Shown: one piece after another, positions 16,373-24,347 of the stretch
Numbering within the stretch: position 1 is the stretch's first letter
Layout: the number at the start of each line of letters is the position of its first letter
Origin: a virus
Lineage: Duplodnaviria; Caudoviricetes
DNA: 24,347 bases
IMG/VR virus record: IMGVR_UViG_3300030376_006732
Coordinates: 1 to 24,347 of that record
Strand: one strand, 5' to 3'
The notes under the pieces: generated by a model
Seen by the model: only the letters and a program-made list of their open reading frames with translations
Database searches by the model: none
Told to the model about the DNA's origin: nothing
Translations under genes and position numbers: made by a program

Positions 16373-17038
16373 TTAAGCTGTTCTTTTCCATATATACATA
16401 CCGTAACCTGGTGGTGTATTATTATGTGGCTGATTTTCTCCTGTAAACCCGTTACCTGTCCATTGAAATTGCTTACCGGCTGCGTTAGTATCTGCTGGTA
16501 CCTCTGAAACATCAGAAGGTCCGGTATTAGTACCAGCAGCTCTTGTTACTGTATGAAATTGTTGACCGGTAGTTGGGTGTATGTTATTATGTGTATGAGA
16601 TGGTAGCTCAGTTGTATTTAAAACATGATTATATCTACCCTCTGTTACTCCGTTATCACCAACAACAACCTCACGTTGCTCGTTTTGAGTATCAGTACCT
16701 GTACCAACACCTGCAATAAATTTACCTTGAGCAGTTTGTTCCCATGTACCCCCAAATGTAGCTTGTGGGTTAGTACTATCTGTTGATATATAGATAGCTC
16801 CTACAGGGTAGATTCTACTAATAATAGCTGCTAGAAGAGTATCACCTAAAGCAGTACCATCAACTGGTCCATCGGCTGAAATACCATTACCGGCTTGACC
16901 TATTTTCAATCCACTTTTATTACCGAAACCATCATAAACGTATTCTAAGCCGGAAGCCGGTATTGTTGTACCCTTAGCATGGAGAACACCTACGTATGTA
17001 TCACTAATATTGGTGTTTGTTAGAGACGTTGTTGCCAT
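16373..17038 (-). CDS. Baseplate/short-fibre protein with T4 gp10 C-terminal-like domain
   Basis: IYPVGAIYIS...NP...FGGTWEQ..QGKFIAGVG...HVL...ELPSHTH...QPHNNTPPGYGMYIWKRTA. ATG at 17038 preferred over TTG at 17044. Confidence 0.85.
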   Translation of the reverse strand: MATTSLTNTNISDTYVGVLHAKGTTIPASGLEYVYDGFGNKSGLKIGQAGNGISADGPVDGTALGDTLLAAIISRIYPVGAIYISTDSTNPQATFGGTWEQTAQGKFIAGVGTGTDTQNEQREVVVGDNGVTEGRYNHVLNTTELPSHTHNNIHPTTGQQFHTVTRAAGTNTGPSDVSEVPADTNAAGKQFQWTGNGFTGENQPHNNTPPGYGMYIWKRTA

Positions 17039-17047
17039 ATACAATTA

Positions 17048-17059
17048 TATTTATTTATA
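17048..17059 (-). promoter_or_regulatory. T4-late promoter (perfect TATAAATA overlapping a second TAAATA)
   Basis: The - strand reads TATAAATAAATA, 9-13 nt before the ATG at 17038; intergenic. Confidence 0.75.
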
Positions 17060-17076
17060 TAACCTATATTATGCAA

Positions 17077-19035
17077 TTAAATCTCAATAATACTTTTTAA
17101 ATTGTACTGTTTTTGTATCTTAGACTCTATATCAGTAGTTATTAGGTTAATAATATTTAACTGCATTTCATATATCTCGTTAAAACTTCTATTTAATACT
17201 TCAACTAATGCCTCTTCGTTACTATGAACAGCTATATTTTCGAGATCTGTTTGAATAAATTTTGAAAAATCGAGATTATATCCATAATCATCTAAAACTA
17301 ATACATTGTTTTTATATTTACCTCTAAATCTACCAACAATATTATTTTTAATAATAAGTATATCTTTAATTAGCTTAAATATTTCTTTATTAATTGTAGA
17401 TGTTTGGATATATTCCTCCTTATTTAAAGATAGTACACTTTTACCATAATTGTTATAATTATTATCTTTAAGAACTTTTTCATATGCAGTAGTGGTAGGC
17501 TCGTTAAAAAAATAAAACCTACTATTAGTAGATAGTATAACTTTATCAGTACCATCAGGTCCTTGAAATATATTAAACCCATTAACATCATTATCTATTA
17601 CACCAGCAGCACCTTCATCTGTATTGGTAACCTCTTGTAGATTCCATAGAAACTGTGCATCCTTAAAGTTAACATCTTGATAATTCCATCTATTATTAAA
17701 CGATTTATCTGCAACTTGAAAATCGATTAAAAATTGTTTAGCTGGTCCAAAACTACCTATAACTTCTGCTGGTCTTGTTTTAAACTTTTTATAAACACTT
17801 CTCTGTGTGGTAAAGTACCAGTAGTTACTCGATGCTTTTGAAAAAGATACCTCTTTAACAACTTCACCTGGTTGTAGTAAATCGTCTAATTCTACTCGCT
17901 CTATATCTGATTGGTTACTAGTGCTAAATCTATAAAGATATGCGGTATTAAGCTCGCTAAATTCATCTACTGCATATGTTACAACATATAGTACCCCAAA
18001 ATCGGGATCATATTCCATACCTCCAAATGTTTCTTCGTTTAAATTTATAGAATTTATACTAGTAATAAAATTAAAATTTACATCAAATATCTTTACAACC
18101 TTATTACCTGAATCAAATACAGCGATCTCATGTTCGTCACAAGCTACTACAGTTGGCGCATTAAATTTTGTTTGTCTTGTAGCTCCACCGTACCCACCGA
18201 CCAACTCTATAAAATTACGTCTTTGACCTAATAGTGTATCCGTGCTAACACTTTTCGCAACATCACCGCTTGTAAATCCAGATATATCATATTTTATAAC
18301 TACATTATCGACTTTATCAGATATAAAAGCGTAATTTTTATTTGTTGCTATACCCCCCAACTCTTTAAAAGATAGCTCGTTTTCATCAGTAGTTTCATAA
18401 CCGGTAGATTGTTCAACAATGTTTAAGTTAGTGCTACTACCGGTCATTGAAATAAACGTACTATTAGTTATAGCGAATAAAGCGAAGTGATCTGAATTAT
18501 TTTGATCTATTTGAGAAGATACTTCAATAATCTCACCTACTGAGCTTAAAACTCGAGATTGAGAAAAAGGTATAGTATTAATAACTTCTGCAGCTGTAAT
18601 ATCGTTAGAGTTAATTGTTCTAAACGTTGTATCGCTAACACTAGTTATTGCGGCAAATGTAACAGAATTTGCAAATGGTAGCTCATTTGCTGCAATAAAT
18701 AACCTAGAAAACATGTATGTGTTATTATCTTTAACATTGTCTAATTTTGACTTTAATAATTTATAATTAAAGTTATCGTTTATACTGAAAGTGCATTCAT
18801 CCAACGTTTTAGGTAATTTCAAATCCAGATCACTAACAACACGATCTTTATAAAAAGGTGATAAAAACAGATCAGTCTCATATGTATTAACACCTACTAA
18901 TAATTTACCAGTATCAGCTTCCGTTGCCTTACCTGATTTTACATCAACTGCCACGTAACCAATAAAATCGCTACCAGTTAAGGTAAATGTGCCCCCAGCT
19001 GTATATATTCTCTTATATGTTGTGTAATCAATCAT
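17077..19035 (-). CDS. Virion protein with NHL/beta-propeller-like region
   Basis: LGGIA...AFISDKVDNVVIKYD and KFNAPTVVACDEHEIAVFDSGNKVVKIFD are NHL-like blades. Confidence 0.75.
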   Translation of the reverse strand: MIDYTTYKRIYTAGGTFTLTGSDFIGYVAVDVKSGKATEADTGKLLVGVNTYETDLFLSPFYKDRVVSDLDLKLPKTLDECTFSINDNFNYKLLKSKLDNVKDNNTYMFSRLFIAANELPFANSVTFAAITSVSDTTFRTINSNDITAAEVINTIPFSQSRVLSSVGEIIEVSSQIDQNNSDHFALFAITNSTFISMTGSSTNLNIVEQSTGYETTDENELSFKELGGIATNKNYAFISDKVDNVVIKYDISGFTSGDVAKSVSTDTLLGQRRNFIELVGGYGGATRQTKFNAPTVVACDEHEIAVFDSGNKVVKIFDVNFNFITSINSINLNEETFGGMEYDPDFGVLYVVTYAVDEFSELNTAYLYRFSTSNQSDIERVELDDLLQPGEVVKEVSFSKASSNYWYFTTQRSVYKKFKTRPAEVIGSFGPAKQFLIDFQVADKSFNNRWNYQDVNFKDAQFLWNLQEVTNTDEGAAGVIDNDVNGFNIFQGPDGTDKVILSTNSRFYFFNEPTTTAYEKVLKDNNYNNYGKSVLSLNKEEYIQTSTINKEIFKLIKDILIIKNNIVGRFRGKYKNNVLVLDDYGYNLDFSKFIQTDLENIAVHSNEEALVEVLNRSFNEIYEMQLNIINLITTDIESKIQKQYNLKSIIEI

Positions 19036-22000
19036 GAGTAATCTTTAAATAATATGTTATTTACTTTGATACCAGCTGGTAATATATCTTTCGAATCATT
19101 TAAAATGCTAGTCTTTATTTGAGATCTAACAGTTTCGTCAGTTATATTTAAATTTTTAACCACGATATCAATATTTTTACTTGAATTATGTCGACCAAGT
19201 TTAAAGAATCGTTCTATTTGCGTTTTATTATTTCTTTGACTACAAGGAAGCGAAAGCGTAATATCATCTATTTGTTTATCTTGTATATATAATGCATAAA
19301 CAGTATTTGTATCTACAGCTTTATCAAAAACAGTAAAGTTTTTAAGTAATAGATCTTTAATATAATAATACCCCGGTTGTTTTAAATATGTAGATAAATC
19401 TAAACCGCTTTGGAATCCAGATGATCCTATATATAGCTCATCATTAAAAATATCTTGTATTTGATATTTACCAGGAGGTGACGTTATATTCTCATGTAAT
19501 GCTCCGTTTACATATAATGTAGAATTGCCCTGTATACTATCAAACCTATAGGTGAATGTATAGAATCCGGATTCTATACTAGACGTATCAAATGATATAG
19601 TTTGATTTAGTATATCTTCTCTATCTAGATAGTTTTGTAAAGTTAATTTAAAGTCTATAGATGTACTATCATATAGTTTGTTAATAATATTATAATTTGT
19701 TATTGGTATATTAGCTGTATTAGTATCTTTTAGTACATTGAGCTTAGTTGCAACTACTACACCCTTTGAAAGATATAAATTATGTTGTTTATCTTCTACT
19801 AAGTATACCGGGTACTGTACTTTTGAACCGTTAATATACTCATTAACAAAATCAACAGAGAGTATCTTACCACCTGATAAAGGATTAAATTCATCTCCAT
19901 CCCCCTCTACTTCATCAAAAGTAGAAGACAATTGAAACACCCCGCTTGTATTATATTGATAAACTACATTCTCAGTAGCTACGTATAAATTATCTTCTAT
20001 TATATTAATATCTGCAATTGGGGTTGATGATTTAAGAAAAGCCTCAGGCTGCGATCTTACATCATGCTTGACAACATAATTACTAACTACATAAAATATA
20101 GTATTATTATTTTCCCATCGTAGTTTTGTACCGGGTAATTTATAAGTTACATTATCGATATCAACAATATTCTCATAAAAAGGAAATTGATCTTTATATA
20201 CATCAAATTCTGCAGCTGTGAGTGAAACAGCTTCAAGATTATTAACATTAAGCTTGTTAACTTCCCCGGATGAAGATATATATTTAATATTATCAACATT
20301 TTGATTACCTCCAAGATAATTAACTATTCTAGAATTGCATTCTAATCTAACCTTATTACCCTGAGAATCGACTTTATAGTAAAGATTGCCACTAGTAGCT
20401 ATAATATAATCTTCCATTGCACCGCGCTTATAGACATCTTTAATAGCAGTCTTAAACTCAACTTTGTTGAGAAGGGTGAAATCAGAATTATATATGTATA
20501 AAATTTTACCACTTACGACATGTAAAAATGGAGTAACTGTTTGATCTTGAAAAACACCAAACCCCTGGTTAGTGTTATTACCTAAAAGCTGGAACCCGTA
20601 CTGTTTATTAGGATGGAGATATGCATCAAAAGAGATGGTGAAGGACTTACTATTATTGATTGCCTCATATACACTAAGCTTAGAAAATATAGTACCATTA
20701 TAAAATAATTCATTTGAATCATAATCAACGCATTTGTTTTCTGTTTCACCTCGTACTATTCGAGAAGTAAAATAACTATCAAAAGACGATACAATAGGTG
20801 ATTGACTATTAACAATATCTTTAATATCATTTAAACCGACCCGCTCATATTTCATAGGTAAGTTAGGAACGATTGCTAGATCACTCTTCTTATCAAAAAA
20901 CTTGTTTTGGACTAATTTACTATTAGCTATATTTAAAGTATTACTATCCACATCATCAGAAAAGGATGGAGCATATCTTGGTATATTAGATAAAGCCTGC
21001 TCTTTAGAAATTTTATCCGGGTAATAATACCTATCAACCCATAGTCCATCTACACCTAAACTATTTGCAGATAACCAAGTGCATAAAAACCTACCATTCT
21101 GATATACGCCAGTAGTATTTCTTTTCGCATATATTTTATCAGATAGAGCAGGTGAAGGTCCAGCAAAACTACCATTCTGAGTAAAAGTAGTATCATTAAC
21201 GTTTAGTCTTTCATACGGGTATATAGCAGAAGGGGCTTTGAAATGTGTATCTGCTCCGTTTTTAATAAATATATCTTTATCGTAAAATGTATAGTTAAGG
21301 TTTATCTTTTCAGATCCACGCTCCTGCTCATTTCCAGTATAAAATGTATTATATGTTCTATAATCATAATTACCTATACCACTATCTATATCTAATAAAT
21401 TACTACCCCGTTTAATAAAATTAAATTCCGATCTATAAGTATCAGTAGTAAAATAGTTTAACTCCATTTCACCAGCGCTTATATTATTATAATTTGTTTG
21501 AAATATATATTGCCCATTTTTGTCAAGAGCGCTATTTACTGTATCTATTTTTAAGTTGTTAATATTACCTTGTTTATAGTTAACAAAGCTATTATTAAGT
21601 GTAGGTATTACATTATCTAACGTATAATCTATATAAATTAACTGCTCTTCAGTTCTATTTAACCCACCACTTTGCATCTGAGTAAATGTCACGTTACTAC
21701 CACTCAACGTAAGTATATTAAGATTATCATTAACATACTTATATAACTGTAGATACCCATCCTTTTCAATGATATATCTAAATACATCGTTTCTTTCAGT
21801 AGTGATATCACTTATATCACTTGCATATGTATAAAATACAGGACTATTTGTACTAGGCACATAATTTAAAAAATAATCTTTAGAACCATTATTATGTTTA
21901 ATTCTCGTATATTTGTTATTAATAATTTCCAACTCAAAGAAAAAATTATTAATAGTCCCGTCAATATCTGTAAAGTTTTTAACACCTAACGGTCTCTGAT

Positions 22001-22337
22001 CATCTGTAGCAGATAAGCTATTTGAAGAGTATATATACAGATATTGAGGATCTTTATTACCTACTTTAAAGAATAGCTTTGTAGTTAATGTCTCTTGAGT
22101 AGGTTGAGATAAGGATGATAGCTGTATAAAATTAGTTAGTTTATCTTTATCAGTTATATATAAGTTAGAATAATTATTTATTTTTGCATCCCGGGTACCT
22201 GAAAGAGCATTAATATGATTAACATGAAACTCTTGCTCGAGTGTAGATTTTTGTTGGTTGATTGTAACAAACCTATCCACAAAATTTGCAGTAGGAAACG
22301 CGACTGAGCTTACCGATCTGTTATAAGTACTTACCAC
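19032..22337 (-). CDS. Large virion structural protein with LamG/ConA-like and propeller-like segments
   Basis: GTG start after TTAAATA. FTISFDAY...GFGVF and FYTFTYRFD..GNSTLYVNG...LYIG are LamG-like; N/S/T/Y-rich. Confidence 0.75.
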   Translation of the reverse strand: MVSTYNRSVSSVAFPTANFVDRFVTINQQKSTLEQEFHVNHINALSGTRDAKINNYSNLYITDKDKLTNFIQLSSLSQPTQETLTTKLFFKVGNKDPQYLYIYSSNSLSATDDQRPLGVKNFTDIDGTINNFFFELEIINNKYTRIKHNNGSKDYFLNYVPSTNSPVFYTYASDISDITTERNDVFRYIIEKDGYLQLYKYVNDNLNILTLSGSNVTFTQMQSGGLNRTEEQLIYIDYTLDNVIPTLNNSFVNYKQGNINNLKIDTVNSALDKNGQYIFQTNYNNISAGEMELNYFTTDTYRSEFNFIKRGSNLLDIDSGIGNYDYRTYNTFYTGNEQERGSEKINLNYTFYDKDIFIKNGADTHFKAPSAIYPYERLNVNDTTFTQNGSFAGPSPALSDKIYAKRNTTGVYQNGRFLCTWLSANSLGVDGLWVDRYYYPDKISKEQALSNIPRYAPSFSDDVDSNTLNIANSKLVQNKFFDKKSDLAIVPNLPMKYERVGLNDIKDIVNSQSPIVSSFDSYFTSRIVRGETENKCVDYDSNELFYNGTIFSKLSVYEAINNSKSFTISFDAYLHPNKQYGFQLLGNNTNQGFGVFQDQTVTPFLHVVSGKILYIYNSDFTLLNKVEFKTAIKDVYKRGAMEDYIIATSGNLYYKVDSQGNKVRLECNSRIVNYLGGNQNVDNIKYISSSGEVNKLNVNNLEAVSLTAAEFDVYKDQFPFYENIVDIDNVTYKLPGTKLRWENNNTIFYVVSNYVVKHDVRSQPEAFLKSSTPIADINIIEDNLYVATENVVYQYNTSGVFQLSSTFDEVEGDGDEFNPLSGGKILSVDFVNEYINGSKVQYPVYLVEDKQHNLYLSKGVVVATKLNVLKDTNTANIPITNYNIINKLYDSTSIDFKLTLQNYLDREDILNQTISFDTSSIESGFYTFTYRFDSIQGNSTLYVNGALHENITSPPGKYQIQDIFNDELYIGSSGFQSGLDLSTYLKQPGYYYIKDLLLKNFTVFDKAVDTNTVYALYIQDKQIDDITLSLPCSQRNNKTQIERFFKLGRHNSSKNIDIVVKNLNITDETVRSQIKTSILNDSKDILPAGIKVNNILFKDYS

Positions 22338-22343
22338 TACGTT

Positions 22344-22350
22344 TATTTAA
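22344..22350 (-). promoter_or_regulatory. T4-late-like promoter (TTAAATA)
   Basis: Intergenic, 6 nt before the GTG at 22337. Confidence 0.6.
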
Positions 22351-22371
22351 TTGCAAAATATATTTTAAAAC

Positions 22372-22893
22372 TTAATTTCTCTCCAATAACGTAATGTATG
22401 TCTGCTTATTATATTTACTTTGCAAATTAGCAACAGTATCTGATGTTAAACTGTGTATCTGGGTATTAACTACTGATAACTGTTTTATATTATCATAATA
22501 AGACTCGTGCACTAACTTAATAGGTTGATATATATTAACATAATAACCATCACTAAAAGTTATTAAAAGTTGAGCTGTTAAATTAGTAAAGAACGAGTTA
22601 GGTGTTGGTGAGTAATCATAATTATAAACAGTTAATATCGATCCACCTAATTTACCATATAATATTTCATCAAATATAGTATTTTCTTTATAGTTATATA
22701 CAACATCTTTCGAGTGATATTCAACTTCTGAACCATCACCCCAATCAATATCAAGAGTTAAAGCGCGTGCTTGATCTTCTTGTATACCGGTAAGTATAAA
22801 TTGGAAAGTATAGTCACTTTTTGCTATAAGCTCACTTTGCTTAATAGACATATTCTCAGATATAGCTGATAGATTGGTGTGTGATATTATCAT
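22372..22893 (-). CDS. PKD/Ig-like domain virion protein
   Basis: LDIDWGDGS is the PKD signature; ATGA-coupled to the upstream gene. Confidence 0.75.
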   Translation of the reverse strand: MIISHTNLSAISENMSIKQSELIAKSDYTFQFILTGIQEDQARALTLDIDWGDGSEVEYHSKDVVYNYKENTIFDEILYGKLGGSILTVYNYDYSPTPNSFFTNLTAQLLITFSDGYYVNIYQPIKLVHESYYDNIKQLSVVNTQIHSLTSDTVANLQSKYNKQTYITLLERN

Positions 22894-24347
22894 ATCGTTA
22901 GTTTAAAGTTATTAACTGTAAAGGATCCACTGTTTGTGCTTATTGCAGCAAAGCGAGTACTCTCTCCGAAAGTTGTTGATCTTATCGAACTTTCTAAAGT
23001 ATTATATTTAGCTACTTTATTAAGAGTCATTTCACGGTTATTTAATTCAAATTCTATATCATATATATGTGTTAATTCGTTTAGATCATTTATAATATAT
23101 GTTAATTTGAATAAATTATTTAATTTGTTATATGCTAAGTAAGGTGTTTGCACTTTATCTACTGCAAAATTATTATTATCTATACCTGATAAACTTGTTC
23201 GGAATGAGCTTAAAGCTTGTTCTGATGTTTCTGTTGGATATAATTTAGTATATTTGTAGGTTTGGGTGTTATATTCATATATATTTGGAACTATATACCA
23301 GTAATTTTTAGCAAGAGACGCTCCAGTGATATATGATGTAGATATTGTTTCGAATATAGTAAAATATACATTATCTGTCCCTTCTAGATAAAATCGATTT
23401 GAAAATTGATTTATTTTATCACCGCTATTGATAGTGAATAAAGTATTTTTCGTTGATGGTGCTTCAAAGTTACCGTCATTATAAGATATTTTATCTATTA
23501 GTAGAGTACTAGGTGTTTGCAAAAATATACAATCATTAATAATATCAAAATCTACTATATTATAATTTATATCTGATTGTATTGAGTTACTATATTTTGA
23601 TAATATATTAGAGAGTTGAGCAGATAGAATTTCAGAAGTAGAATACCTTTGATTTTTAATGTATAATTTACCTGCAAGTCTTCTCCTATCTTCATTATTT
23701 AAAGTTGCATTACTTGAAGATAAAGTAGATACTACAGTTGCAGAAGTATCGCTTATAGTGTCGATAAATAACTCTTGCTTATTTTCAGCGTAATCGAAAG
23801 TATTTTCTAATGATATTTCATCTGTAAAATAACCACCGTTGTAATATTTATATTGATCACCAGCAGATAAGTAATATCTAATATCTGTACTAAAGTCAAA
23901 CGAGTAATTATTACCTGCTAAAGCAAATAAATCATCTTCAGTATTAATATTAGAAAGTGGGGATTGATCTGTTATAATTGCACCTAATTCCGGAAAGGTA
24001 GCTTCTGCAAAAATAGTATAATAGTAATTTTTTAGCCCTGGCCATTCTGGTAAAAAAGCAGAAGATAGGGGTTCAGGTAATAGTGTATTATCTAAAAATG
24101 CAAAAGACCCACCGTCTCGGAATATAGGCTTAATATTTCTTGTGGATTCTATTTGCTCTTGGTATGGTGCAAATTCTCTAAAATAAAGATACATATCTGG
24201 GGTTAGATCGGCTAGCCCGTTAGTAAAGGATGTTATTCCAGACCGTATTGAACCATCTTCTAATGTACCGGTTGTATCGTAATTAAAATTATAGCCTTCA
24301 CTCTCATCAAAAAATGTATGACCATTAAGAACTAAATTTAAAATGTT
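22890..24347 (-). CDS. Large virion structural protein, C-terminal part (start outside window)
   Basis: Frame is open from 24347 through the ATG at 24194 (51 extra codons, NILNLVLNGHTFFDE...); beta-rich composition. Confidence 0.8.
   Translation of the reverse strand, partial: NILNLVLNGHTFFDESEGYNFNYDTTGTLEDGSIRSGITSFTNGLADLTPDMYLYFREFAPYQEQIESTRNIKPIFRDGGSFAFLDNTLLPEPLSSAFLPEWPGLKNYYYTIFAEATFPELGAIITDQSPLSNINTEDDLFALAGNNYSFDFSTDIRYYLSAGDQYKYYNGGYFTDEISLENTFDYAENKQELFIDTISDTSATVVSTLSSSNATLNNEDRRRLAGKLYIKNQRYSTSEILSAQLSNILSKYSNSIQSDINYNIVDFDIINDCIFLQTPSTLLIDKISYNDGNFEAPSTKNTLFTINSGDKINQFSNRFYLEGTDNVYFTIFETISTSYITGASLAKNYWYIVPNIYEYNTQTYKYTKLYPTETSEQALSSFRTSLSGIDNNNFAVDKVQTPYLAYNKLNNLFKLTYIINDLNELTHIYDIEFELNNREMTLNKVAKYNTLESSIRSTTFGESTRFAAISTNSGSFTVNNFKLTI

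Noticed and set aside
1560-23142. Small overlapping ORFs (1560-1760, 2724-3023, 3831-4100, 4293-4562, 8445-8669, 15469-15960, 19738-19935, 22936-23142)
   Set aside because: Each lies antisense or out of frame within better-supported genes and has no motifs.
1-24347. Stop-codon reassignment, tRNAs, introns or inteins
   Set aside because: Genes tile densely under the standard code with TAA, TGA and TAG all used as stops; there are no gaps for RNA genes, and core enzymes are normal length.

Overview
AT-rich fragment of a large T4-like (myovirus-type) dsDNA phage genome, standard code. Left part (1-9212, mostly + strand) is a DNA replication module: gp41/DnaB-like helicase (5'-truncated), a degenerate DHH/DHHA1 protein, gp59-like helicase loader, gp32 SSB, gp45-like sliding clamp, T4 RNase H-like 5'-3' nuclease, gp61-like primase, plus small hypotheticals. 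Right part (9209-24347, - strand) is a virion/tail module: a 1365-aa mucin-like (SVTP-repeat) protein with duplicated Ig-like, L-lectin-like and paired unknown domains, two Mtd_N-type fibre genes (one with a tail collar), a gp10-C-like protein, beta-propeller/LamG/PKD-like proteins and a 3'-edge-truncated protein. Two promoter classes are visible: T4-late-like (T)ATAAATA/TAAATA boxes and a repeated AGGAAC-N5-TATAAT motif. Most copies sit only 5-15 nt from start codons with no Shine-Dalgarno. The most notable unexplained signal is a strong enrichment of a short L-S-[A/G/S] motif across unrelated virion proteins, next to a mucin-like protein, which suggests a virion-wide modification (e.g. O-glycosylation) sequon. 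All family assignments are from motif recognition by eye, not database searches.
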